Of a DNA stretch of 49,042 nucleotides, positions 1-9,187 are shown in pieces. The DNA is from an uncultured Bacilli bacterium (lineage in GTDB: Bacteria; Bacillota_I; Bacilli_A; RF39; UBA660). The first letter of the stretch is position 1; each line of letters begins with the position of its first letter. The position numbers were made by a program, and so were the translations under genes. The stretch is taken from assembly GCA_947630865.1 (NCBI GenBank), contig CANRJE010000002.1, positions 1 through 49,042 on the forward strand, read 5' to 3'. The notes below the pieces were generated by a model. That model ran no database searches. It had not been told where the DNA came from and saw only the letters and a program-made list of their open reading frames with translations.

Positions 1-24
1 AGTGTAAAATTTCGGGAGGATTTT

Positions 25-291
25 ATGAGTTATGAGATGAATGAGTATTTAGCTAATTTAGAACGCATGATAAGAATCAAAGAAGAACGTGATGAAGCTC
101 GTAGTATTGGTCACAAAGAAGGATACAGTAATGGACTTAAAGAAGGATATAATAATGGAACACAAGATGCTAAACGTGATATGGTTATTGCTTTAAATAA
201 AGAAGGTATATCTTTAGATATAATAACTAAAACTTCTGGATTAAGTATTACTGAAGTTAAAAAGATAATTGCTAATCCTAGTATAGAATAA
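25..291 (+). CDS. small hypothetical protein; the C-terminal half resembles the (E/K)EG-repeat plus HTH-like tail of Rpn/YhgA-type PD-(D/E)XK proteins
   Basis: Intact ORF with GGGAGGA RBS about 7 nt upstream of the ATG. Motif HKEGYSNGLKEGYNNG followed by GISLDIITKTSGLSITEVKKI. The family call is from memory only. Confidence 0.5.
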   Translation: MSYEMNEYLANLERMIRIKEERDEARSIGHKEGYSNGLKEGYNNGTQDAKRDMVIALNKEGISLDIITKTSGLSITEVKKIIANPSIE

Positions 292-305
292 ATAAGGAAG
301 GTTAC

Positions 306-767
306 ATGGAAAATAATTCATATTCTCTTAATCTAAAAGAGTACACGGAACATTTAAAAAAAATGTATGGTGAATATTATTTAATTAAATTTACTCAAGA
401 GGAAAAAGAAAAATATATTACTTTATATGCTAATTGTTTTAGAATGAATTTAAAAGATGCTAGAGAAAGAGTTTCAATAATGATTAAAACTGTTAAAAAA
501 GGATATGCTTTTGCAACTTTTAATAATTTTAAATCGAGTCTTAAAGAAAAATATGGTGAATTTTATTTTGTATATATGACTTTTGAAGAGAAAAATAAGT
601 TAGTTCATTATTATTATAAAGCGATGCGAGAAACTGGAAATAATATAACCGAAAGTGATGCTTTTTGGATTTTATATGAAGAAGAACATAAAAAATATCA
701 AGAAAAAATTCAGGAATATGAACATAATTTAGAAAGATTAGAATTTATGTTTAGTAAAAAAATCTAA
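306..767 (+). CDS. hypothetical protein with an internal tandem duplication
   Basis: AAGGAAGG RBS. Two related segments: LKKMYGEYYLIKFTQEEKEKY and LKEKYGEFYFVYMTFEEKNKL. Confidence 0.55.
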   Translation: MENNSYSLNLKEYTEHLKKMYGEYYLIKFTQEEKEKYITLYANCFRMNLKDARERVSIMIKTVKKGYAFATFNNFKSSLKEKYGEFYFVYMTFEEKNKLVHYYYKAMRETGNNITESDAFWILYEEEHKKYQEKIQEYEHNLERLEFMFSKKI

Positions 768-832
768 TCTTTTTTTATTTTTGTAAGTGTCAATTTTTTG
801 TTTAAATACAAGTAAAAAAAGTGTCTTATAAC

Positions 833-861
833 TTGTTTTCTTTTTAAAAATTCGTTATAAT
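833..861 (+). promoter_or_regulatory. sigma-A-type promoter candidate for parE-parC
   Basis: TTGTTT (833-838), 17-nt spacer, TATAAT (856-861). Confidence 0.45.
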
Positions 862-939
862 TAATATGGAAAATGTATAAAGTAAGAGGAATAATACTTA
901 GGGTATTATTTTCTCTTGTTAAAATTTAGGAGTGATATA

Positions 940-2850
940 ATGGCATACGATGAGAGTTCAATAAAAATATTAGAAGGATTAGAGGCTGTTCGAAAAAGAC
1001 CAGGTATGTATATTGGTTCAACTGATAAAAGAGGATTACATCATTTAGTTTGGGAGATTGTTGATAATTCAATTGATGAAGTTATAAATGGGTATGGTAA
1101 TCATATTATTATAACAATTCATAAAGATAAAAGTATTGAAATAGAAGATTTTGGTAGAGGAATTCCAGTTGGAATGCATGCAAGTGGAATATCAACACCA
1201 GAAGTTATTTATACTGTTTTACATGCTGGTGGTAAATTTGAACAATCAGGTTATAAAGTATCAGGTGGATTACATGGCGTTGGTGCATCAGTTGTAAATG
1301 CTCTTTCTAGTTGGCTTGAAGTAACAATTAGAAAAGATAAAGGGGAATACTATATTCGCTTTAAAGATGGTGGAAAAGTTGATGTTCCTTTAAAAAAGAT
1401 TGGAACTACTAATAAGACTGGTACAAAAGTAAGATTTATGCCCGATAGTAGTATTTTTTCAACGACCAATTTTTCTTTTACAACTATCTGTGAACGGATG
1501 CAAGAATCAGCCTTTTTATTGAAAGGTTTAACAATTGATGTATATGATTTAGAAGATAATCGTGAAGCCCATTTTTCTTATCAAGAAGGAATAAAAGAGT
1601 TTGTTTCTTTCTTAAATGAAGATAAAAATACTTTACATAATGTTGTATATTTTGAAGGTGATAAAGATAAGATGCATATTCAAGTTGCTTTTCAATATAC
1701 AGATACTTACAATGAAACGATTGAGTCTTTTGTTAATAATGTAAAAACTGGTGATGGTGGAACACATGAAGTTGGATTTAAAACAGCTTTAACTAAGGTT
1801 TTTAATGATTATGCAAGAAATAATGGTTTCTTAAAAGCTAAAGATAAAAATTTAGAAGGAAGCGATACTAGAGAAGGATTAACAGCAATTATTAGTTTAC
1901 AAATACCAGAAGCTATTTTGCAATTTGAAGGACAAACGAAAGGAAAATTAGGAACTCCTATAGCTCGTCCTGCTGTTGAGTCTTTGGTAACTGAAAAATT
2001 ACAATACTTTTTAGAAGAAAATAAAAAAGTAGCGACAGATATCATGGATAAGATGGTTAAAAGCAAAATTGCAAGAGAAGCAGCGAGAAAAGCAAGAGAT
2101 GAGGCTAGAAATGGTAAAAGTCGCGATAAAAAAGAAAAACTTTTAAGTGGTAAACTAGCACCAGCTGGAACTAAGAATCCTAAGAAAAATGAACTTTATT
2201 TAGTTGAAGGTGATTCAGCAGGTGGTAGTGCTAAAAGTGGACGCGATAGAACTTTTCAAGCTATTCTTCCTTTACGTGGTAAAGTTTTAAATACTGAAAA
2301 AACAAGAATGGACGAACTTTTCAAAAATGAAGAGATAAGTACAATTATTCATACGATTGGAGCTGGAGTTGGGTCAGATTTTGAAGCTGATGATTCTAAT
2401 TATGATAAAGTTATTATCATGACTGATGCTGATGATGATGGGGCTCATATTCAAATTCTTTTATTAACATTTTTCTATCGTTATATGAAAGGATTAATTG
2501 AAGAAGGAAAACTTTATATTGCTCTTCCTCCTTTATATAAAATTGATTTCAATAAAAAAACTATGTATGCTTGGGACGATACGGAAAAAGATGAAATCAT
2601 GAATAATGAAAAAACGAAAGCAACGAATGTTCAACGTTATAAAGGATTAGGTGAAATGAATGCTAATCAATTATGGGAAACAACAATGAACCCAGATACT
2701 AGAAGTTTAATTAAAGTAACAATAACTGATGCTTTACTTGCTGAAAGACGAGTAAGTGTTTTAATGGGTGATAAAGTTGAACCAAGAAAAGAGTGGATTG
2801 AAGAAAATATTGAATTTTCACTTGAAGATAATTATCAGATAGGAAGGTGA
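940..2850 (+). CDS. parE: DNA topoisomerase IV subunit B
   Basis: GHKL motif HHLVWEIVDNSIDE. Toprim motifs LVEGDSAGGSAK, PLRGKVLN and DADDDGAHI. Paired with a ParC-type partner. Start moved to ATG 940 behind AGGAG (the track ORF starts at TTG 916). Confidence 0.85.
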   Translation: MAYDESSIKILEGLEAVRKRPGMYIGSTDKRGLHHLVWEIVDNSIDEVINGYGNHIIITIHKDKSIEIEDFGRGIPVGMHASGISTPEVIYTVLHAGGKFEQSGYKVSGGLHGVGASVVNALSSWLEVTIRKDKGEYYIRFKDGGKVDVPLKKIGTTNKTGTKVRFMPDSSIFSTTNFSFTTICERMQESAFLLKGLTIDVYDLEDNREAHFSYQEGIKEFVSFLNEDKNTLHNVVYFEGDKDKMHIQVAFQYTDTYNETIESFVNNVKTGDGGTHEVGFKTALTKVFNDYARNNGFLKAKDKNLEGSDTREGLTAIISLQIPEAILQFEGQTKGKLGTPIARPAVESLVTEKLQYFLEENKKVATDIMDKMVKSKIAREAARKARDEARNGKSRDKKEKLLSGKLAPAGTKNPKKNELYLVEGDSAGGSAKSGRDRTFQAILPLRGKVLNTEKTRMDELFKNEEISTIIHTIGAGVGSDFEADDSNYDKVIIMTDADDDGAHIQILLLTFFYRYMKGLIEEGKLYIALPPLYKIDFNKKTMYAWDDTEKDEIMNNEKTKATNVQRYKGLGEMNANQLWETTMNPDTRSLIKVTITDALLAERRVSVLMGDKVEPRKEWIEENIEFSLEDNYQIGR

Positions 2851-2854
2851 CACG

Positions 2855-5356
2855 ATGAACGAACTTATTAAAAAAATATATGATACAACTTTAGAAGATA
2901 TAATGGAAGATAGATTTCGTAGGTATGCTAAAGCTATTATTCAAGATAGAGCCATTCCTGATGTAAGGGATGGATTAAAACCTGTTCAAAGACGTATTTT
3001 ATATGCAATGTATCATGATAGAAATACTTACGATAAGCAAACTAAAAAAAGTGCTAAAGCGGTAGGTAACATTATGGGTAATTTCCACCCTCATGGAGAT
3101 TCATCTATATATGATGCAATGGTTAGAATGAGTCAATGGTGGAAACAAAATACGCCTTATATTGAAATGCAAGGTAATAATGGTAGTATGGATGGAGATA
3201 GTGCTGCTGCTATGCGTTACACGGAAGTACGTCTTGCAAAAATTAGTAATGAGCTTTTAAAAGATATTGAAAAAGATACTGTAACTTGGGCACCTAACTT
3301 TGATGATACTTTAATGGAACCAACGGTTTTACCTGCTAAGTTTCCAAATCTTTTAGTAAATGGTTCAACGGGAATTTCCGCTGGATATGCAACTAATATT
3401 CCACCTCATAATTTAGGAGAAGTAATCGATGCTACGATTAAAAGAATCGATAGTCCAAATTGTCGTGAAGAGACAATATTCGATATTATAAAAGGACCGG
3501 ATTTTCCAACTGGTGGTATTGCAAGTGGCAAAGAAGGAATACTTGAAGCTTTAAGAACAGGACGCGGAAAGGTTGTTATAAGAAGTAAAGTTGAATATGT
3601 TAAAGAAAAAGGTAAAGAGCAACTAATTGTTCATGAAATACCATTTGATGTTAATAAAGCCATGTTAGTTAAAAGAATGAGCGAACTTGTTCTTGATAAA
3701 AAAATTGAAGGTGTTTCTGAAATTCGTGATGAATCTGACCGACATGACCCTGTAAGAATTGTAATTGATCTTAAAAAAGATGCTAATAAAGATGTTGTTT
3801 TAAATTATTTCTATAAAAATAGTGATTTACAAATAAATTATAATTACAATATGGTAGCAATAGTTGATAGATGTCCAATGACTCTTGGTGTTATTGAGAT
3901 ACTTGATGCTTATATTAAACATTTTGAAGAAGTTATCGTAAGAAGAACGAAGTTTGATCTTGAAACAGCTAAAAAGAGAATGCATGTTGTTGAAGGTATG
4001 ATTAAAGCTATTTCTATTTTAGATGAAGTAATTAAAACAATTAGGTCTAGTAAAAATAAAGCTGATGCTATTTTAAATTTACAAAAAGAATATGATTTTA
4101 CAGAAATTCAAGCTGATTATATTGTAACTCTTCAATTATATCGTTTAACTAATTCAGATATTTCAGAATTTAAAGAAGAATACAATAATTTATTAAAAAT
4201 AATTTCTGGTTTGGAACTTATTTTGTCAGATAAAGAAAAATTAAAAGATGTTATGAAAATGGAACTTAGAAATATTAAAAAAGAGTATGCTATTCCAAGA
4301 AAAACAACAATTGAAGATGAAATTTTAGATATTACTATCGATGAAAAAGCAATGATACCAAAAGAAGATGTTATTGTTTTAGTTACAAAAGATGGTTACA
4401 TAAAACGTTCAAGTATAAGGTCATATTCATCGAGTGATGCGGAACCTACTTTAAAAGATAGTGATTATCCAATTGGAATATATGAAGCCAATACTTTAGA
4501 TACTATATTATTGTTTACAAATCTTGGTAATTTCTTATATATACCAGTTTATACAATTCCTGATATAAAATGGAAAGATTTAGGAAAACATGTTAGTAAT
4601 TTAGTACCTCTTGAAGATTCCGAAGAAATAATAAGTGCTATTCTAGTCCCTAATTTTGAAAGTGATAGTGATATAACTTTAGCAACAATGAATGGTATGA
4701 TTAAAAGAACAAAATTAAGTGAATTTAAATTACTTCGTTATAATAAAGCTGTTAATTGTATGAAGTTAAAAGATGACGATAAATTAATAACAGCCTTTAA
4801 ATCTAAATATAATAATATCTTTGTTGCAACTAAAAAAGGTTATGGTCTTTGGTATGATATTACGGAGATTCCAGTTGTTGGTCTTAGAACAAGTGGTGTT
4901 AAATCAATTAATTTAAAAGATGACTTAGTTGTATCAGTTAATAACTTTGATGAAATTGATTATATTTCTTTGATAACTGATAAAAAAACTGGTAAACGAA
5001 TGAAGATAGGAGAGTTTGAAAAATCAACAAGAGCAAGACGTGGTTTAATGATTATAAAAGAGGTTAAATCTAATCCATATCATGTATTAAAAACTTTTAC
5101 TGAAAATCAATCAAAACATTTAATTTTAAGAAGTGATGAAGCTACTTTAATTAAACTAACAGAGTTACCAATTTTAGATAGATATTCAACAGGTTCAGTA
5201 TTTACAAAAAAGAGTATAACAGATGTTGCTCTTAATGTTGAACTTGAAAAGAAAAATTCAAAAGAGGAAATAAAAATTGAAACACCTACTGAAAAGCCTA
5301 GACCTTCTTTAAAAGAAATTGATGAAAAATTATTAACAATTGATGATTTCTTATAA
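2855..5356 (+). CDS. parC: DNA topoisomerase IV subunit A
   Basis: LEDIMEDRFRRYAKAIIQDRAIPDVRDGLKPVQRRILYAM, NFHPHGDSSIYDAMVRMSQWW, and catalytic AAMRYTE. I saw no GyrA-box (QRRGGKG-like) in the C-terminal domain. The N-terminus resembles Gram-positive GrlA/ParC. Confidence 0.85.
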   Translation: MNELIKKIYDTTLEDIMEDRFRRYAKAIIQDRAIPDVRDGLKPVQRRILYAMYHDRNTYDKQTKKSAKAVGNIMGNFHPHGDSSIYDAMVRMSQWWKQNTPYIEMQGNNGSMDGDSAAAMRYTEVRLAKISNELLKDIEKDTVTWAPNFDDTLMEPTVLPAKFPNLLVNGSTGISAGYATNIPPHNLGEVIDATIKRIDSPNCREETIFDIIKGPDFPTGGIASGKEGILEALRTGRGKVVIRSKVEYVKEKGKEQLIVHEIPFDVNKAMLVKRMSELVLDKKIEGVSEIRDESDRHDPVRIVIDLKKDANKDVVLNYFYKNSDLQINYNYNMVAIVDRCPMTLGVIEILDAYIKHFEEVIVRRTKFDLETAKKRMHVVEGMIKAISILDEVIKTIRSSKNKADAILNLQKEYDFTEIQADYIVTLQLYRLTNSDISEFKEEYNNLLKIISGLELILSDKEKLKDVMKMELRNIKKEYAIPRKTTIEDEILDITIDEKAMIPKEDVIVLVTKDGYIKRSSIRSYSSSDAEPTLKDSDYPIGIYEANTLDTILLFTNLGNFLYIPVYTIPDIKWKDLGKHVSNLVPLEDSEEIISAILVPNFESDSDITLATMNGMIKRTKLSEFKLLRYNKAVNCMKLKDDDKLITAFKSKYNNIFVATKKGYGLWYDITEIPVVGLRTSGVKSINLKDDLVVSVNNFDEIDYISLITDKKTGKRMKIGEFEKSTRARRGLMIIKEVKSNPYHVLKTFTENQSKHLILRSDEATLIKLTELPILDRYSTGSVFTKKSITDVALNVELEKKNSKEEIKIETPTEKPRPSLKEIDEKLLTIDDFL

Positions 5357-5389
5357 AAAAAGAAATAAATAATACATATTAACAGTTAA

Positions 5390-5423
5390 ATGATTTAAAG
5401 TCGTTGATTTTAAGTCATTTTTT
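5390..5423 (+). terminator. intrinsic terminator after parC
   Basis: ATGATTTAAA(G) / (T)TTTAAGTCAT stem with one G-U pair, 7-nt loop, then a T-run. Confidence 0.55.
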
Positions 5424-5451
5424 CTATATAATATTATGGTAGGTGAAGTTA

Positions 5452-6921
5452 ATGAATACTCTTTCTTATAATGATTTAGAAAAATTAGTTAAATCTTATG
5501 CTCCATTCGATATACCAAAACTTCGAAGGGCTTTTGATTATGCTAAAAAACATCATGAAGAACAAAAAAGAGCAAGTGGTGAACCGTATATTATTCACCC
5601 TTTAAATGTTGCCTATATTTTAGCTTCAATGCATGCTGATATTGACACTCTTTGTGCAGCCCTTTTGCATGATGTTGTTGAAGATACTGAATCAACTCTT
5701 GAAGAAATAGAACAAAAATTTAATAAAAATGTCAGAGATTTAGTTGATGGAGTTACTAAAATGACAAAGCTAGATTTCAACAATAAAAAAGAGTTATCAG
5801 CAATTAATATAAGAAGACTTATTGTAAGTTTAGCAAGAGATCCCAGAATTATTATTATCAAATTAGTTGATAGACTTCATAATATGAGAACTCTTGAATA
5901 TAAAAGTTTGGAAAAACAAAAGTCTAAAGCTCTTGAGACTTTAGAAATTTATGTACCTCTTGCTTATTATATTGGAGCTTGTCAAATTAAAGATGAGCTT
6001 GAAAATATAGCTTTTAAATATTTAAAACCTAGTTTATATGGTGATATAAATAAAAAACGCGAGGACTTAAAGAAAGAAACTAAAGATATTCTTGAAGAAA
6101 CTAAAAAGCAAGTTGAGGGAATATTTAAGAAAAATAGTTTAAAGGCTAAACTTGAAATACGTTATAAAGATAATTATAGTATTTATAAAAAAATAATAAC
6201 TAATAATAAGTTTGAAACAATTCATGATTTAATGACAATTAAAGTTTTAGTCAAAAATGTTAAAGATTGCTATACAGCATTAATGTTGATTCATGAAAAC
6301 TTTACACCAATTAATTATCGTTTTAAAGACTATATTGCTAAACCTAAAACTAATATGTATAAATCAATTCATACAACGGTATTTGGATATGATAATCATT
6401 TATTACAATTTCAAATTAGAACATATGATATGGAAAGAGTTGCCGTATTTGGCTTAACTTCATATTGGTTTAAATATAAAAATAATGCTCAAAATTTAAT
6501 GAAAAAAGATTTGGAAGATAATTTTCAGTTTTTTAAATCAATTAAGGAAATTGATAGTACAATCCTTGATAATATAGAGTTTGTATCTCGTGTTAAAAGG
6601 GAGTTATTTTCAAGTAATATCTATGTTTATACGATGAGTGGAGAAGTAGTTGAACTTCCAAATGGAGCAACAATTATAGATTTTGCTTATAAAATTCATA
6701 CGGATATTGGTAATAGTATGGTGGCAGCTATAGTTAATGATGAAGCAGTATCTTTAGATCATGTCTTGGAAAATCAAGATAGAGTTCGAATAATAACCGA
6801 TGAAGAAGCTTATGTTCCTAAAGAAGAATGGTTAAATAAAGCTATAACAACTAATGCTCGTAATAAAATAATGGAATTTATTCGAGAAAATGAAAATACA
6901 GAAGTTGACAAACCAAATTAA
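5452..6921 (+). CDS. RelA/SpoT-family protein (HD hydrolase + degenerate synthetase + TGS; C-terminal regulatory domains absent)
   Basis: HD motif HPLNVAYIL...AALLHDVVEDT and DRLHNMRTL. Synthetase-fold motifs RYKDNYSIYKK, RFKDYIAKPKTNMYKSIHTTV and QFQIRT. TGS-like IYVYTMSGEVVELPNGATIIDFAYKIHTDIG. Ends about 35 aa after TGS. Start ATG 5452 preferred over GTG 5443. Confidence 0.8.
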   Translation: MNTLSYNDLEKLVKSYAPFDIPKLRRAFDYAKKHHEEQKRASGEPYIIHPLNVAYILASMHADIDTLCAALLHDVVEDTESTLEEIEQKFNKNVRDLVDGVTKMTKLDFNNKKELSAINIRRLIVSLARDPRIIIIKLVDRLHNMRTLEYKSLEKQKSKALETLEIYVPLAYYIGACQIKDELENIAFKYLKPSLYGDINKKREDLKKETKDILEETKKQVEGIFKKNSLKAKLEIRYKDNYSIYKKIITNNKFETIHDLMTIKVLVKNVKDCYTALMLIHENFTPINYRFKDYIAKPKTNMYKSIHTTVFGYDNHLLQFQIRTYDMERVAVFGLTSYWFKYKNNAQNLMKKDLEDNFQFFKSIKEIDSTILDNIEFVSRVKRELFSSNIYVYTMSGEVVELPNGATIIDFAYKIHTDIGNSMVAAIVNDEAVSLDHVLENQDRVRIITDEEAYVPKEEWLNKAITTNARNKIMEFIRENENTEVDKPN

Positions 6922-6953
6922 TTAAGATAATATAAACCAAATGGAGGAAATTT

Positions 6954-8621
6954 ATGGACGATAAATTAAAAATTTTAGCTGATTTAATGTTTCCAGATGT
7001 TACCAAAACAATTCTTGATTATGAAAAAATGTATCCTGAAAGAGATTTAAAAGAAGGAGCAATTGTTTCTCGTTTTGCTCCAAGTCCAACAGGATTTGTA
7101 CATATGGGAAGTTTGTTATCAGCTTTTGAAGATAATAAAGTTGCTAAAGATACTAATGGTGTTTTCATATTAAGAATTGAAGATACTGATCAAAAGAGAA
7201 GTGTAGAAAATGGAATTGTTGGTATTTTAAATGATTTAAAAAATTTTGATATTATACCAGATGAAGGTATGATTGATGAAAATAATAGTGTTGGAAATTA
7301 TGGACCATATATTCAAAGTGAACGAAAAGAAATTTATCATACTTTTGCTAAAAGTTTAGTTTTAAGAGGCCTTGCTTATCCTTGTTTTTGTACATCTTCT
7401 GAACTTGATGAAACAAGAGAAATTCAGGAACTTAATAAGGAGAGAATTGGTTATTATGGTTCATTTGCTAAATGTCGTAATATTCCAGTTGATGAAGCTA
7501 TTAATAGAATTAAAAATGGAGAAGAATTTGTTGTACGTTTAAAGTCCCCTGGAGACTTTAATAAAAAAATTATTTTGCATGATTTAGTTAGAGGTGATAT
7601 TGAATTTCCAGAAAATGATTTAGATATTGTTTTAATTAAATCAACAGATAAACTTCCAACCTATCATTTTGCTCATTTAGTTGATGATCATTTAATGCGA
7701 GTAACTCATGTTATGCGTGGAGAAGAGTGGATTGCCTCATTCCCAATTCATGACCAATTATTTTCAATATTTAATTTTAAAAAACCTAATTATGCCCATC
7801 TTGGTTTAGTCATGAAAATAGATGAAAGTGGAACTAGACGTAAATTATCAAAACGAAAAGATCCTGAAGCAAGTGTTGAATATTATCATCAAGAAGGAAT
7901 TCCTAAAGAAGCTGTTAAACTTTATTTAATGACAGTTGCTAATTCTAATTTTGAAGAGTGGTTAGATAATAATCCTAGTGATGATTTTAGTGATTTTAAG
8001 TTTGATTTTAAAAAAGTAAGTGCCAGTGGAAGTTTATTTGATGTTTTAAAACTTTTAAATATTTCTAAAAATTATTTTGGTAGGCAAAAAGCTTCAACTA
8101 TTTATGATAATTTACTAGTTTGGACATCGGAATTTGACAAAGAATTTCATGATTTATTGGTAAAATATAAAGATTATTCAATTAAAGTTTTCAATATTGA
8201 AAGAGAAGTAGAAAAACCAAGAAAAGATTATACAAGTTATAAAAGTATAAGAAATTTTGTATTCTATATGTATGATGAACTATTTAAGAATCCTACTTAT
8301 GATACTCCTAAAATAACTGATAAAAAAGAAATTGAAACAATTTTAAATACTTATTATGATGAATATTTAGAATTAAATGATAAAGATTTATGGTTTTCAA
8401 AAATTAAAGAAATGTGTGATAAATTAGGTTATGCTTCTAACATAAAAGACTATAAGAAAAATCCAACTAATTATAAAGGCAATGTAAGTGATGTAACTGG
8501 TTTAATTCGTGTTAGTTTAACTAGTAAAATGAATACTCCTGATCTATTTTATATTATGGAACTTCTTGGTAAAGATAAAATAAAAGAAAGATTTACAAAG
8601 TATATTAATACTATTAAGTAA
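6954..8621 (+). CDS. gltX: glutamate--tRNA ligase (long form)
   Basis: RFAPSPTGFVHMGS (HIGH-type motif), RIEDTD, KLSKRK (KMSKS-type motif). GGAGG RBS. Confidence 0.8.
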   Translation: MDDKLKILADLMFPDVTKTILDYEKMYPERDLKEGAIVSRFAPSPTGFVHMGSLLSAFEDNKVAKDTNGVFILRIEDTDQKRSVENGIVGILNDLKNFDIIPDEGMIDENNSVGNYGPYIQSERKEIYHTFAKSLVLRGLAYPCFCTSSELDETREIQELNKERIGYYGSFAKCRNIPVDEAINRIKNGEEFVVRLKSPGDFNKKIILHDLVRGDIEFPENDLDIVLIKSTDKLPTYHFAHLVDDHLMRVTHVMRGEEWIASFPIHDQLFSIFNFKKPNYAHLGLVMKIDESGTRRKLSKRKDPEASVEYYHQEGIPKEAVKLYLMTVANSNFEEWLDNNPSDDFSDFKFDFKKVSASGSLFDVLKLLNISKNYFGRQKASTIYDNLLVWTSEFDKEFHDLLVKYKDYSIKVFNIEREVEKPRKDYTSYKSIRNFVFYMYDELFKNPTYDTPKITDKKEIETILNTYYDEYLELNDKDLWFSKIKEMCDKLGYASNIKDYKKNPTNYKGNVSDVTGLIRVSLTSKMNTPDLFYIMELLGKDKIKERFTKYINTIK

Positions 8622-8628
8622 ATCTTTT

Positions 8629-9090
8629 TTAATATCTTTTTTTAACTTTAACCATAATAGTAGGTTTTTTATTTCTTTGATAATAATTACTTTTTTCTTT
8701 AAGTTCAAGAATAGATAAACTATTTTTAATAATTAAATTAATTTCTTTATCGGACTTAATTTTTCTAAAAAGAAAATTTTGATAGTCTTTAGGAGTTACT
8801 TGCATTATCTTTTTAAAAGTTTCTGAAAAATATTCTTGACTATAAAATCCTGATTTAAGAGCAACATATAAGAAAGTATTATTTTTATTTTTTAATAATT
8901 CTAAGGAATTATAAATTTTCATTCGATTTAAATAATCAATGATAGTTATTCCCATTTCTTTTTTAAAAAGTCGCATAATATAAGCTTTATCAAAATTAAA
9001 AATTTTACTTATTTCATCTAAACTTATTTTTTGTTTAATATTACTATCTATATATTTTAAAACATTAATAATTAAATCATTGGAATACAT
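8629..9090 (-). CDS. AraC-family transcriptional regulator (short, HTH domain only)
   Basis: ISLDEISKIFNFDKAYIMRLFKKEMGITIIDYLNRMKI...ALKSGFYSQEYFSETFKKIMQVTPKDYQ is a typical double AraC HTH. Confidence 0.75.
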   Translation of the reverse strand: MYSNDLIINVLKYIDSNIKQKISLDEISKIFNFDKAYIMRLFKKEMGITIIDYLNRMKIYNSLELLKNKNNTFLYVALKSGFYSQEYFSETFKKIMQVTPKDYQNFLFRKIKSDKEINLIIKNSLSILELKEKSNYYQRNKKPTIMVKVKKRY

Positions 9091-9113
9091 ATTTCACCTA
9101 TAGATATTATAAC

Positions 9114-9130
9114 ACTTTTTAATAAAAAGT
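9114..9130. promoter_or_regulatory. perfect 8-1-8 palindrome in the divergent AraC / T4CP-like intergenic region
   Basis: ACTTTTTA-A-TAAAAAGT. Its AT-rich composition lowers significance. Confidence 0.25.
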
Positions 9131-9187
9131 CATTATTGTTTAAAAATATTGATTATTTTTATGATTTAATAAATTTAGGTGATGAAA

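Noticed and set aside
1809-2066. Antisense or out-of-frame ORFs of 60-100 aa in the supplied track, all lying inside larger genes: 1809..2066, 5613..5861, 17103..17342, 19481..19735, 19747..19935, 23502..23786, 28453..28674, 29638..29823, 32478..32666, 35025..35327, 46099..46284 and 47137..47427.
   Set aside because: Each lies entirely within a well-supported conserved gene (parE, rel, dnaE, pyk, nrdD, glf, pyrG and so on). Their translations are low-complexity, typical of the reverse or shifted frame of AT-rich genes. None has a convincing RBS or a recognisable motif.
940-5356. The possibility that the type IIA topoisomerase pair is gyrB-gyrA rather than parE-parC.
   Set aside because: I could not find a GyrA-box (QRRGGKG-like) in the C-terminal domain of the A subunit. 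Its N-terminus matches Gram-positive ParC/GrlA wording (LEDIM.DRF.RY.K.II.DRA.PD.RDG). There is no dnaA-dnaN-recF context. Only a phylogeny would settle it.
6922-6953. A T-box or other riboswitch upstream of gltX, and riboswitches upstream of nrdD, glf and pyrG.
   Set aside because: The gltX upstream gap is only 32 nt. The other leaders are short and lack the long conserved structured elements (specifier loop/T-box, B12 box and so on) that I would recognise.
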